Assembly (NCBI RefSeq): GCF_018977255.1
Contig: NW_024704743.1
Coordinates: 91,452,001 to 91,516,000 of the forward strand
Reading direction: 5' to 3'
DNA length: 64,000 bases
Source: Callorhinchus milii
Lineage: Eukaryota
Shown here: one piece after another, positions 12,122-25,730 of the stretch
Layout of the letters: each line of letters opens with the position of its first letter
How positions within the stretch are numbered: the stretch's first letter is position 1
Program-made: the position numbers and the translations under genes
The notes under the pieces: model-generated
Told to the model about the DNA's origin: nothing
What the model saw: the letters and a program-made list of their open reading frames with translations, nothing else
Databases searched by the model: none

Positions 12122-12197
12122 CCATACAGGGCACACAATGGTCTTTTGGTTCCAGATTTTGGCCTGTAAGGCTTGGGTTCACCAGCCATATTGATAT
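12122..12197 (-). CDS. RALYL: RALYL internal coding exon, 76 nt, phase 1 to phase 2: (D/Y)[24 protein letters not shown](G)
   Basis: The minus strand reads ttttttctttttcag|AT ATC AAT ATG GCT GGT GAA CCC AAG CCT TAC AGG CCA AAA TCT GGA ACC AAA AGA CCA TTG TGT GCC CTG TAT GG|gtaagt, with a strong polypyrimidine acceptor and a consensus donor. The peptide matches the recalled human RALYL segment [26 protein letters not shown] that follows the RRM. Confidence 0.95.
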
Positions 12198-13557
12198 CTG
12201 AAAAAGAAAAAAATCAATCGTCTTAGTGAATGCGGAATATCAAATTATAGTCTTGAAAAAGTGTTGTCCACATACCTCATTCATACGCTTTGTTGATCTC
12301 CCAATACAAAGACCACATAGGCACTGCATACATCAGTATTGAAAGCAAACTCATATCCATCCAAAACCTAAATTATATCAAATGCCGGGTGTAAAGCAGT
12401 GACAGCTGATCCACTCCCACACAATGCCTCTGCTGCCACCAGCTCCTGTTACATTTAGGTCCCATTCATTGCTAAGCTACTCATACGGATTTCCTGCTAC
12501 TTCATCCTCAGCTAAATAAATCAGTTAACGAATATTTTATGCCTGCGAGTTGATCTCCTTCAACTGTTTCCATTTGGAGCCATTTCTATTTTACGGATTT
12601 CCACTACCATAATACTCCAGAATCTGTCCACCGTTTGAGCCTTTTATTCCAAATAAGGAAAAGAAAACAAGCAAATCTGTCAAACAAGAATTCATGCTGA
12701 CACTGTAAGAGGATTAAGGATAGACTGTAGCCCATTCATCGGCTTTTCCTCATGACTATAAGTTTGTAGAATGGTTGTCACAAGGCGAGATTCGCCAGCC
12801 GGAATTCTTGTATAAATTGTAAACTTTAATTTGAAAAATTTCGATTACAGAATTCGTAGTCAATGAATCCAAAGTCTATCAAGTCCAAATAAAATGACGC
12901 AGAAAATAGCGTACAGAGAGAAATTCCCCTGGAAAAACTTCTCCAGATAAATCTATAATCTTAGACTGAACAAATCTGGATGGCTCAGAGCAGAGACTTC
13001 CTGGGATCCCTTTCCCTCATGTCAACTTAAGGTTTGCACCTTTACAAAATGCCAGTCTTAAGGGTTTCTATTGAGGAGCCATTTAATGGAGATTTACTCT
13101 TCAAAGGCAGGAATGGATTTGAAAGAAATCCAGTGAGACACATAAGACTGTTTCTGCTTAACACTGAAAGTGATCCCCCAAAGCTAATTCCCTCTACAAT
13201 GCATTCCAGACACTTCATATGCACAGCGGGTCAATCAGCAGCTGAATGGGAAAGATAAGTTTGCTAACCTTTCTGGACGTTTCATAGTTTAAGGCAAGGG
13301 AGGCTGTTCCACCCATCCTCTCTGCCTTGGTGCTCACTCCTCCACTGGAGCCATCTACTCAAATTCTGTTCCCACTGCTATTTCCTTGTATCCTTTAATA
13401 GTATTAATTTTGCTCAAGTATTTAGCCAGTTACCATGGAATCGGCTTCAACAGCCATTTCAAAATATTTGTTTAATTTCAGATATCTAACATTCACTGTC
13501 TTGCTTTTCATCTGTACCTGGTATTCATTTACAATTATGTAATTCAAAGGTTAGATC

Positions 13558-14100
13558 AATAATAATAATCCTTGCTTTTAATATAACAGCTCATCAAGTT
13601 ATTGAACTGTCTCAACGTGCTTCACAGAATCCAATGCAAAGTGCAGTGACTGTGTGTATTTTGTATGCAAATACAGTAGCAAATTTGCCCAGACACAAAC
13701 AACCATAAAGTGAATGACCAATTTTGATCAGGACACTGGGAGAAACTGCAATTTCTTTTCAAATTATTCCTTGGGATCTTAACTGTCCACCTGAACAGGC
13801 AGATGGGACCTCAGTTTAACATCTCATCTGAAGGACGACACATGCAACAATGTAGTGCTCCCCTAGCACTATACTGCACTGTCAGCCTTAACTATGAATT
13901 CCACAAAGTACGCAGTCTTTACAATGCACACTTTACAATATATTCTATGAAGCGCTTTGAGACGTCTAAATTACATGATAAGGCCTTATATCAAATGCAA
14001 GGATTATAATTATTATAATTCAAAGCTCTGCTGTGTGGCTTGAATCCATAATCTTCTGACTCAGAGGCAAGAGTGCTAAAAACTGAGCCAGGCTGACACT
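13558..14100 (-). mobile_element. Older Deu-SINE interrupted by an opposite-orientation SINE tail (about 13902-14020)
   Basis: Tail at 13558, Deu core at 13730-13890, tRNA head (ctgactcagaggcaagagtgc...ctgagccaggctgacac) at 14040-14100. A plus-strand tail ending caaatgcaaggattataattatt is nested inside. Confidence 0.75.
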
Positions 14101-16844
14101 TAAATGAATACCTTTAGAAATTGCTTGGCAGGGTGAATTATGAATCCTTACTTCAGAATACATTCACTTCACTGAGGTTACAAAAAACAACTCGGCTCTG
14201 GTTCTGTAATTCAAAAACAGCATATTTCACTCCTGTGTACGTGAGGCTGCCAGCACTGATTAAAACATTACAGCTGAATAGGATGTTATAACAGCACCTG
14301 ATTTAGTAACCCAGAATAATCATTACAACCTCATCTAGTTTAGGGACAGCTCTTAAATCTCACACCAGTTTAAAAAAAACATTCATCTTGGCCAACAACA
14401 GGATTGAATCAGAGATACAAGAAAGGATTGATTTCAGGTTTTCTTATCACCCTTTCTCACTCTGCCTTCATCTCTCTCCCTTGTCCTTCCTTCTGTTTTA
14501 TTCCAGATAAAATGGTAATTGAGAGGCCATCAAGATAAGTGGGGGATTTAATGATTTTTATTGGAACAATTGTTATTACTTAAAGAAGAGATCTCCGGGG
14601 AAGGAATAACAGCTTCGGCAAAACAGACGATAAATAATTAACCTGAACAGCTTAAGGTGCATACATATAACTGGTGCACATAAAAAAGGACCACGTTTTA
14701 AAAATACAACTAAGGTACTCCTGTTTTACTATTGTTATTAAGAACATTCTTCCCCACTTGTACAATGATATTTACATCTGTTACAACAACCATAACAACA
14801 ACCTGCATTTATATGCAGGATACTGACTTTGAGCGTTGCACAGTGGATGCCGAGCAAGGGAGAAGGAGAGGGGGAGGTGACAGTTGGTACCAGACGAAGA
14901 AGTAAGTCTTCAGATGGGATTAAAAGATACCCGTAAATAAAGTTTAAAGATAGATAAACTCATCAGTATTCAGTTACAATCTCCCAACATCTTTTCTATC
15001 CTGAAAAGACAAGATCCCAGACTTCTGGATAACAAAGCAATTTACACTTGAAATTTCAAGAGCCCTCAAATTGGCAAAGGAAAGCAAACACAAAGCGGTC
15101 TAATAACCTTCATCCTTTCCTCTCGTCTATATCCTCTAGTAGTCAAAGGTTTATTCGGCATTTCCATTCAACACCTTCTCACTTACTGACAATTTCCTCT
15201 TTCCCTTGATGATACTGTCTTACAATTCTCCTTCCTCATACACTAAACATTATTACTTTAAGTGACCCCTAGTGATGGGGTATAACATCAGTGTTACTCA
15301 GAGAGAATTTAAATCATAAGATTTATCCAACAGTTATTGGTATATTAGAGCAATATCGAACACCCAAGCAAAACGGCTTCCGAGACGGCACGTATATAGC
15401 CTTCAGAGCTAAGGAGTTTTACAAAGCATTGACCTCAGTCATACTCAAGAGAAACTAGAGAGGAGAGTAGCTCAGTTGTACTCGCGGAGTGCGCTCGATA
15501 AATTAAGTGTTCGGAGATGTTATCCTACGTGAAGGGCACTATATAAATGCAAGTTGTTGTTGTTGAGTGCTCGAGCAGTAACTTATGGGGACGCTCACAT
15601 AGTCAAGCACTATGCTGTGACAGGCAATAACTGGAATGTTTTAATTTACAGCATGGTGCTTGTCTGCCAAGTGTAATGGTCATGTTACGTTGACAGAGCA
15701 AACTAGTCTTGAGACATTAGCTCCAAGATTGCATTATCCCCCCATTCTATCTGGCTACAATTGAATGCGTTTGTGTTGGTGTGACTGCTATAAGAAACCT
15801 GCATTGTTCACGTTGGGTGATTTGCCATACAAACACAGAAGGTGAACTGGAAAATAACTTCACATGCAATTTAATGATGTAAATCGGTCAAAATGAATAT
15901 AATTAGAAGCACCTAGCTGAGCTGAATGAAGAGCAAACAGCAGAAAGTGATTCTCAGCCTAGATGCACATTACGCAAGAGAAAATGGTTGAAAAGCTTCT
16001 TTGTGGAAAAACTCAGGGAAACACATGTGAAAGAGCTAAGGCCTGAGGCCAGAATATTTAGAACACACGTTACCTTTCCTGATTTGTTAGATACTCAAGC
16101 TGTGTGGCTGTATGGCTCAAACAAGCAATTTATTTAGAATTTATGTGAGGACCTGTGTGTTAATCTACAGTGTCAGGCCCCCACCCCCCTCAGAGCCATG
16201 TCATGTCAATAACTTTTAAATTAACAACAATGCTAAAAAAAATTGCCACCGGCATTTTTCATACCCATTGAAAATTCAGGAAGAATCAGCCAGCGCTTAA
16301 TGCCCAAGTGTAATACAGAGGGAAGGTACATCAGTCAAGTAGGAAAGTAAACATATCTGCTCAAGGAATATTCAGCAGCCACAGAACAAGTAACTCCACA
16401 GTAATTCTGTTTTGCTGAAGGTACCGGTTATTAGAATCTGATAACTACTAATAACAGCTGATAACAGCCACAAGAACAGCTGTGGCTAGATCCTGAATTA
16501 AGTATATTTTAAATGCTCAGCATAGTGAATTTGTGGCTTATACCAAACACACAATTATGGCTAATTTACATAAGCGAAGATTGCTTTCTCAAAGGTTTGA
16601 AAATGTCTTAAGACTGTAGGTACGGTCACCTCCCCTTCTCCCATGCTAGCCATCCAATCCCATCACTGTACAGCACTCTGAGATACTATCCTACATGAAG
16701 GATGCTATACAAATGCAAGTTGTTGTTGAAAATGGAAGCCTTTGGCTAATATATATATATATATATAGTATATATCTCAAACAGCTTTGTCTAACTAGAT
16801 GTTAGATGTTTGTATCTGCAGGCTAAAGAAAAAGTTTAAAAAAT

Positions 16845-17010
16845 AAAACATAAATGCTGGGAAATGTATAGTTATGATCAAAGCAAAACCGACTGGTTTG
16901 GAGAAGTTCCAGTACTAATGAAGGAGTCATAACCCAAAAAACGTCAACCCATCATTTTCCTTCAGGGGCTGACGCATGAGCTGTGCACTTCCACCACTTA
17001 CTGTTTTCAG
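16845..17010 (+). mobile_element. Decayed relative of the palindromic Penelope-like element at 47.8 kb
   Basis: Ends aaaacataaatgctgggaa and ttccaccacttactgtttt are roughly complementary. The internal ctaatgaaggagtcataacccaaaaaacgtcaac resembles CTGATGAAGGGTC..ACCCGAAACGTTGAC. Confidence 0.45.
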
Positions 17011-17237
17011 CTATATTTCAATTTTGTTTCCACATTCACCAAACGCTCTGAATAAAACCGGATACAATAATAATAATCATTGCATTTGATACGGCACCAG
17101 GTCGTGTCATTGAGATGTCTCAAATGCTTGATATTTTGTACAGCCTTCTGCATATCGTATGCCCATGACATACACACAGATTGCTTCATGAAAAATTGAA
17201 CAGAAAAGAAGATAGGTATTAGTTGAAGAAGTCATGT

Positions 17238-17262
17238 GAGAGAGAGAGAGAGAGAGAGAGAG
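17238..17262. repeat. (GA)n microsatellite
   Basis: Direct reading. Confidence 0.9.
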
Positions 17263-17984
17263 GGGGCAGTGCTGGATTCTTTAAATGTTTTCTCATTGGT
17301 GAGAAGGATCACAATGGGTTTCTTCACTTGTGTACATTTCTAGTTTCTACTGAGCGTATATACGAATGCTAAAACACGTGACCTGATAGTGCTGTCCAAT
17401 ACAGCCTTCAACAGGCCAGTCAGATCTTTGAGACCCGTTGTTCACCATTCAATATTGCTTTATTTTGTGGGATGATGATGATGGACAGGCTTGTGAGCTT
17501 GGGCTGACTATCAGGTTGTTACTTGAGGCTGCATAAATGAGATCACTGTGACCAGTTGAATTATTAGCAATGGCATAACTGGCTGAATTCTTTACATACC
17601 AGTCAGAGTGTGTACGATTTCGATTTCCAGATATACTATTGCTGATTTCCATATGGTAAACAGGATAATAAACCTAATGTCTCCACCACTCCGAGAGCAA
17701 TATAGGCTATAAGAAACCAGGCGACACTGTACAATTTGTTTCTATCACAAATCAACTCCTTAATTACGAATAAAACCTCAAGGTAACATGCACAAAATTA
17801 CTATAAAATGTTTCTTATTACGAACATTTCCTTTGATATTTAATTAAGGCTGTGATGGTTACCTCAATACTGGATCTCCTATACATTTAGCTTTAGTGAA
17901 ACCTTCAGGAAGGATCTTTCAGAGACAAACTCGCAAGATTGGTTTGAGTGAAAAAGGCCCTTTGGTTCATCTTATCTCAGCCTT

Positions 17985-18140
17985 CCAGAACCTCATTCTA
18001 TCATCTTCCCATCACAGCATCAAGCTGTTTATCAATGACTCCAATGTTTTGGCCTCAACCACTCTTCCTGGGAACCTGTCCCAGTCAATAATTATAAAAC
18101 ACATAAAGAAATACTTCCTGGTGTCTGTTCTGAACTTGAC
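17985..18140 (-). mobile_element. CR1 ORF2 C-terminal fragment
   Basis: The translation KFRTDTRKYFF...WDRFPGRVVEAKTLESL matches the CR1 RxxFFxxRVVxxWNxLPxxVVEA motif. Confidence 0.75.
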
Positions 18141-19869
18141 CTTTGATACAAAAATACCCAGAAAGGTAAGAGGGCAAAGGACCCGCAGACCCAACAAGCC
18201 TACTCTGGGATAAGAACATTATTGGTTTCTGTGGGTTAAGTTATCAGCCCATGTGTAAACTTTGCAGGTTGGATTTTGCAATTCATAATCAATGAAAAGG
18301 ATTCCAGGTAATTTGGTAATCTTTTATATTGTTGGTTAATTACAAAACTAAGTGTACCTATATACTTTTGCACATGATTTAAACCAGCACCATAATCTCT
18401 GCATATGCGTTGTTAGCCCATCTTGCAAATTAAACGCCAGTGAAATAACAACAATAATATTCTTAATAATAATTACTTAATTTTCCTTTCACATCAGGAG
18501 GACATCACAGGATATACTGTAATGTGTAGTGAATGTGTATTTTTTTGTAGGTAAACAATAACTTGTGCTCCATGCGACATTGGCTTGCCTTAGAGCCGTG
18601 GGGGCCAACAAAACAAATGTTTCTTGATTGAATATTTCTTGATTTGTGGCATGCTATGCTATTTTGTTATTTGTATTATTATTTTGTTGGTCAATCAAAG
18701 TATTGCCTACCACTGCCTTAGAGAGAAGAATGATGAGCAACAGTTGAAGTGCTTTGGTTTCAGATGAAGAGGGTGAAATTCCGTGCAGTTGCAAACACTT
18801 CCCAAAGATGGTTTGAACTGAAGAGTGAACACAAGTAGCATTAAGAGCTTTAATAGTGAACAATATTGAATACTTGCATAGGAACGGATTTCTACTGCAT
18901 TAATGTCATGCATAACAACAAATTATCTATTTGACCCCAACAGTACCCTGTTCGTGGGATTTCCATTTTATAGGATCCATCTGTGATACCAAAGATTGTG
19001 CAGGTGCTGTGAAACACTGCACAACACAGCCATTAGCAGGGTTTCATCTGGATGTTGTTGGAAGACTTTGCTTGTAACATTCAGATGGATTAGAAATCAG
19101 AAGAGGATAAAGCTGATGGCTGGAGACCCATGTGGTTACAACTCACTTTTAATAACATTCTTTCAGCATCTTGTTCCTGGTATGCCTAACATTGTGATTG
19201 CCTGTTTAAAACCCGAGAGATCAATCAGCACTATGTAAATAATTTGTCATAAAACACATAATAATAACTATCTCTTCATAAAAGAGTCATCATATTCTAT
19301 TAGTTATTGCAGCACAACTGTTTAGTACAGTATTGAGCACTGGGGATTAAGTGATTATATGCTGTGGTATTGCACTTTGAGGCTGTACTCTTTCTCTAGA
19401 TGAACCAGGCAGACCTGTGGTGGAAGACAAAAAAAGAGACACATAAGCAGTGCGTACATTCTACTAGGCATAGGTATCATCTCTTTTATGAATGAGTCTA
19501 TCTATGTATCACAATGAGCACGATATAATGCACATAGCTAATACACATCATAAACCATAGCATGCAACATCAGAGCAGATGTATTGTGGAAATAGATGTG
19601 TCAAAATCTGTTTACATGAAAGGAATTAAGAGGAATCACACACGTACCATCAACGGTGCTGTATACTGTAGGTCACACTCTGATAACCTCTCCACACTGC
19701 TGCACGGCTGTTATAGCAGTTAGGCTCTTCTTTTGCTGTTGTCCACCTGTTGCACATTGATTAGGATCACATACATAATTCAATTACTTACCTCACTCCA
19801 ATCTAGCCCAAACCAAATGACTTTGTGAACACACTTTCTTATATAATACTCTCAAGTATTTACACACTT

Positions 19870-20110
19870 TATGTTAGGTTAACTGGTCTATCATTTCCAG
19901 GTTCTTATCTCACTACTTTTCTGAAATAATTGCTGAAATTCTCTATCCTCCAGTCATCAGGAATACATTAATTTACATAGAATGTACAGTGTGGAAACAG
20001 GTCATTTGGCCCAACTAATCTATGTCGCTCTTTATACTCCACATGAGTTTCTACTCGCTCATTATTCGCCTTTGTTTCCCTTTCCCTCATGTGTACATCT
20101 AGCTTCCTCT
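19870..20110 (-). mobile_element. CR1 RT N-terminal fragment plus an adjacent CR1-type 3' tail
   Basis: The minus strand translates to IPDDWRI...PGNDRPVNLT (CR1 consensus VPEDWRxA...PGNYRPVSLT). A tail acatagaatgtacagtgtggaaacaggtcatttggccc follows. Confidence 0.6.
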
Positions 20111-22580
20111 TACTGATATAAGACCAATACTTAGAGGCATAATACTTATAGGACTTCTACAATTATTAACCAGCACTTCACCCATTTCCTCAAGGATCCA
20201 AATGCATCTCCTGCCTAATCTAGTTGCCATGTAACCATTTCAGGGCTTATTCTTCACCCATTCTAACTCAATGGAGGAGAAACTTTTTGGGTTTCTTCAT
20301 ACACACGTCCTACTTATATCTAATGCTGTTTAAGATCCCTGAGCTAAAATGACCAGATCTGGAGTTTGGCCACAGTTTTCAGTTGGGAAAAAATATGAAA
20401 AATCCACTTAACTGAAACATTTTGACCTTTAATGAGTCGTTCACTCCTGGCTTTCTGATAAAAAATGCATTGTGACAACTAGAGAAAATCAGACTTATTC
20501 AGATATTATGGAAAGTAAATCAGAATCTGAGCAAACAAGCATGTATTTCAGGCCATCTTTGCCAAGCTGCAATTCGTGTTTTACAATGGAAAAAATTGAA
20601 GTATTTGTTTCGGTCACCACATTACCTTTCTCTAATGAAATGTAAATTCTTCACCTTGGCTCCTTCCCAATAACCAGAAGCCGTACAATATTCGCTCTCA
20701 CTCAGTTCTCAACCTATTCCAACTACTTCTGCTGTCCTTACAATTCCAGTTTCAAATCTCATTTTTAAATTGCATGTGAGATGCTGAGCACTGCCAACCT
20801 GTTCTGAATCTACTGCCAGATTTCATTCTACATTACTCTGAATCTGGTGAGCTCACTATTCATTTCAATCAAAATGATCACGCTGCGACAGACCAAGCAC
20901 AGTCATACAGATGGATGGGTTGCGCAAAAGTTTGAATAAAACAAGCACACTGAGCTGCTCCCCCTGTTAATGCAGTTGGCAAATGCACTGGAAGTTATGG
21001 AACTCATCCAAACAGTCCAGGAAATGATTTGAATCTAAGGGGTGGGTTGTAAGACTCATTGGATAAAACAAAGAGCTTCACAGGATTTTACTGACTGTGT
21101 ATTTGTAGGCAAACAATAACAAACCAATTTGCACATAGTAATGTCCCACAAACAGCCATGCCTGATACTCCTGGAGAACCACACCCAGCATGACATAGCC
21201 TTCATAAGGCAGGAGAATGCATCGGAGAGGAGAATTAGAGAATCAAATTCTGAGCCCTGAGGATTTGAGAGAAATAATCAACATGATAACTCTTATTAAA
21301 CTGCATACAAGCAACTACAGATCTCTTTTGAAAAATACACTGGAAGAGGGGAGGAGGAGGGAACGGCAAGGTTTTATCCCTATTTAAATAGGGGTTAATT
21401 TTGCCCAAAAGTGTGTGGAGAGGTATTAGCCGGTAAGTGCTGTACTATATGTTGTGAGGTCAGCATGCAGTGCTAATGAAGTTCATTTGCCATGGTGCAT
21501 CATCTTTTTATTTTGACTATTACTAACGATCCTCAGTGTTATGCTGAACCCTGGAGCTGGTGCTTTATTGACCAATTAGAATTCCGAATAGTCTGTCGCC
21601 CACGTGGTTATTAACACCATGTTTTCAGTGATAGAGTCAAGTCTGCTTAATGTTATACTCAGTCGGACCAGACAAAATATAATTTTTAAATTATATGTAC
21701 TGTGATAATAGGGGAACATCCCTTATAAAAACTCGTAAAATACTGTACTGTAACAGCCTCTTCTCATTGGACCATCTGGCTATCCATCAACCCATCTCTT
21801 GTTCTCAATGGACCATCCACCTGTCTCTTTATTCTGGGTTCCTGGTGCTGTAGTGACCCTTGTATAACATTATCCAATCTCTGTTAATCGGGACGGCAAA
21901 TTTGCATAACATTAGACAAATTATAACATTAGACGGCTACAACAAATGCGCAAACTCAAATGTGTACAAAACATACCAAGCACAGCCAGGACCAACTGCC
22001 ATTAAAACATTATTTGGATTATAACCATAGGCGACTTAATATTATGTGAACTCAACTGTACTCAGCAGAGGGACCCTCTCGGTGCAGTGACCCAATCCGA
22101 GTTCTGTGGACCAATCTGACAGACAAACGGCTGGATTGACTGGACAACCTCTCGGGCTACTCTGGCTGATGTGTCACCTTCTTGTATATTCCCACGGAAA
22201 ACATTTCAACACCAAACTGACAGTCTTCTGGCTGGTGAGAGACTGAAGAAACAGGAGAAGTTCTCTCTTCCCTAAGGATCTACATAGGATGATTTTGTTT
22301 TTCTGGAATGTTCTTGACACACAAGTTTCATCAGGTTTAGATTTATAAAGGCTGCACATGTAATCACACCACTTGTACATGCTGCCAAACAAACTGTCAC
22401 AGCTAAGAAAAAGAGAGACAGGAGAAAGAGGAGATTTTTACAGAACTTTTATTCCAATGACATCTCCACAAGATATGTTGCTGGGTATCTGCATGAATAT
22501 TGAGGTCCAATATGTGGGATTTCTAACAGGATTCCTCAATAAGGTTGTGCAAATAGTTCATGCCATCCTGTGCCTTACAA

Positions 22581-22904
22581 AATAATATAAATAATCCTTG
22601 CATTTGATATAGCACTTTTCACGTCTTCTCGACGTCTCAAAGCGCTTCACAGAATAGACTGTAAAGTGAATTGACCGTATATTTGTGGGCGAAACATAGC
22701 AGCCAATTGCGCACAGCAGTGTCCCACAAACAATTGTGGATTGAAAATGACCAATTTATTATTGTTTTGTTTTTTGGAGGGATTATTATTAGACGTGTGG
22801 AGTAAGGAAACTTGCCCAAGGTTTCGCCCTGACCTGCCTGGAATTGAACCCAGGTGTCTCGCTTGCAAAGCGAGTGCTCTAACCACTGAGCTACAGGACT
22901 CCAC
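22581..22904 (-). mobile_element. Young full-length tRNA/Deu SINE
   Basis: Same structure as 7213-7537, with an intact anticodon arm CTCGC-TTTGCAA-GCGAG. Confidence 0.92.
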
Positions 22905-22915
22905 GGGATTAGGTA

Positions 22916-23020
22916 AACAACAACAACAACAAGATTACATTTGTATAGCGCCTTTCACGTCCCAAGGTGCTGGACAGTGTACAGCATTTCAGAACCCTAG
23001 CTTGGGTTGGTGGGGGGAAC
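22916..23020 (-). mobile_element. L2 3' tail fragment
   Basis: (CAA)n-gattacatttgtatagcgcctttcacgtccc. Confidence 0.7.
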
Positions 23021-23670
23021 GGGGTGCACCTTTCAGGAAGAGAGGCACATTCCATTCCACACTGGGAAATTTCTATATGTTGGTGGCAATATTTATGTGG
23101 AACACTCGGTCCAACATGATAATGGGTTTCCTCATGTGTCAAGATATCTGGCTGACCCCAGGGATATGCTTTCCGATAACCGGAAATACTTCAGGGGCAC
23201 TCATGGGAACTCTACTCCAACAAAATTTATATCTGGAGTGGAAGCACTCCGGGACGCTATCCCGCATGAATGGCACTATATAAATGCAAGGTGTTGTTGT
23301 TGCAAGCCCGTGGAATCTGATTGAGAGCGAGCCGATTGCTTCCTCCATTGCCTGACTGCTTGTGGGGGAATCCCTGCAGCTGTACAGTGGGCGCAGTGCA
23401 ACATCTGTGCGCCACTTGGCATTAAGAGATGTATAGAGCGTTCAATAACATGTCTGTTGCAAATTTGGGATTTATTAAGGAATCCTTTAGAAACCCCACA
23501 TTTTAGACCAAAATGTGTTACCATTTGTGTAATCTAGTACTACATTAAATTGAACATATAATTGTAAATGCTGCTCTAGGCTACTGCAATTAACAGTAAC
23601 ATTCTAAAAGTCTTGATAGAACAACACCAAGTATATATTTTTGTGCATTTGCATTTTTTCACCATATCAC

Positions 23671-23760
23671 CAGAGTCGCCTTCAGCACAGTCACCTTCAG
23701 CAGAGTCACCTTCAGCACAGTCACCTTCAGCAGAGTCACCTTCAGCAGAGTCACCTTCAG
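23671..23760. repeat. 15-bp minisatellite (CASAGTCACCTTCAG) x6
   Basis: Six contiguous near-perfect units. Confidence 0.95.
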
Positions 23761-25554
23761 TCCCACAGTGCCATTAAACAATGCTCTCACATCCCACTGG
23801 AGAATACTTTCAGCTCTCTCGAGGGGACTGAGCACGGTTCTGATGACACTTCTGTGCAATAAAAGGAGGACGGAGAAAGATCTCCTTTGTGAGAGCATGA
23901 CATTCACCAGAGAGCATATTCTGCCATCACTCGGTCCTTTGAGGCTGCAAAATGTTTCGTACTTACGTCTACATGCAGATGGCTGAACACGTGTTGCACA
24001 GCAGTCTAGTGTATCTACCTGCTGTCATTAGTTCTGTTCTCTCTCCTGCATTAAAAAGTCACCCATTTCTGCATTGTGCCAATGTATTCTCTTACCCATG
24101 ATAGCTTCCATGAGAGTGAGAGAGAGAGTGCTTCCCTTTACCAGAATGCACACAGAAGAGGTTATTCCTATATGGACTTTGTTGCCTCGCCCTCCAATTT
24201 CCTGATGGTTAATTCTGACAGTGAGAATGAAAAGGTGAGAATGAAAAGCATCTATGGAGACAGGATGGCAAGGTATTGCTTCAATCCTGCTTAGAGCACA
24301 GAGGAACTAAAGAACTAATTGTCAATAAAATATTGAATCTGACCTTAAGGGAATCCAGTTGGTAACTCACATTTCAAGACAGAAAGAGAAAAGTAAATAC
24401 GTGTGTGTGTGTGTGTGTTGGGAAGCTGGGTGGGGGGGAGCAAATGCAAATCACTTAGCCGATTCAGTAAACTGTCAGGAATCACTATTTGGATGGTTAT
24501 TGTTACTTTATGAAATAAAATTCTAATTAAAAAAAAGCTTCGCACAAAATCAGCTACAAGAAGTTTCAGACCTGTGTAATTTTACTGATCTCTGAGATGA
24601 TTAGCTGCTTCAAAAGGAATCAGTGAATAAGAGCACAGATTATAAAAGTCGACAGTGAAACAGCTGTGCTGCCATCTAAGTGGAGGAATGTAAATTCTTA
24701 ACAGTGCAGAATGATTGCAATGCTATCGGTGTCCTCAGTGGGATGTGCACTCTATTGCGGTTAAAATTTTGCTTCAAAAATCAGCCGCAGCTCTCACAAT
24801 GCACATCACCATACTCCAGTCTATACTTCATGTGCTGCATGATGCATGATGTGAGGGATTATTGTTAACAGTTAAAGGTTGAAACCATTACTACACGTTT
24901 GTTGGGTAAATATTACAGATAATGGGCACAGTGTGTGCACTAAAGCGGTAACATTTCAGCACTACAAAAAAGTAAACAGAACATTATCACTGTGTGAAGC
25001 CATAACCATTTACATGTGCACTCTCTGCCTTCCCAAAACAGATAATACATGGGTGCTTCTTCTCTACTCTAGGTTTGTCATTCATACATACACTGAATTG
25101 TCGGCCGGATGAGAGAGGAGTAAAATCTTGCTGTGGCAAACCGTTAACAAAAGGCATGGAGAGGTTTCTTGGCAGGAGATGACTGTTCACTTGTTACAAC
25201 AACAATTTGCATTTATGTAGCGTTCTTCACACAGGACAGCATCTCGGAGCACTTACCTGGTGTATGCTAGGTACACTGACCACATATTAGAAGTCTTAGA
25301 ATATTTAAATAAATGCCTAGTCTAGAAACCCGATATTGAAGAAATGGTAAAAAATGTTGCTGAGGGGGCAGCATCACCCACACATCATATTCAATCCGCT
25401 CTATCTCCTCCCCCCACCCCCCACACACACCAATGACATTTATGAACACGGTCTTACTGAGGATAGGAACCTAGCCAGACTGATAGAGCTGACTTTCTCT
25501 TTTTAAACAGTTCACTTATGCACTACGCGAATGAATAGATCCCCTGATCTCAGC

Positions 25555-25730
25555 ATTTTTTTTAAACAGTACAGTCATCAACGTATATAAGAGGAAATGT
25601 GATGCAAACATGATGGAGAAGGGAATACAAGGGTATGGGAGACAGAAGTGGGAGTAGTGTGGAGTATGAACACTGATATGGACTCGGGTCCGAACTATAT
25701 ATGTTTCCGTGCCGTTGCATTCTTTGTAAT
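25555..25730 (+). mobile_element. CR1 3' end fragment
   Basis: atggagaagggaatacaagggtatggga...gtggagtatgaacactgatatggactc. Similar to 41161-41330. Confidence 0.55.

Noticed and set aside
22831..22902. tRNA-Ala(TGC)-like sequence (also at 7.5, 41.65 and 43.3 kb)
   Set aside because: A/B boxes and the anticodon arm are present, but the acceptor stem is incomplete and each is fused to a SINE body. These are SINE heads, not tRNA genes.
23671..23760. QQSHL-repeat ORF / CRISPR-like appearance
   Set aside because: Contiguous 15-bp minisatellite with no spacers or splice signals, in a eukaryotic context.
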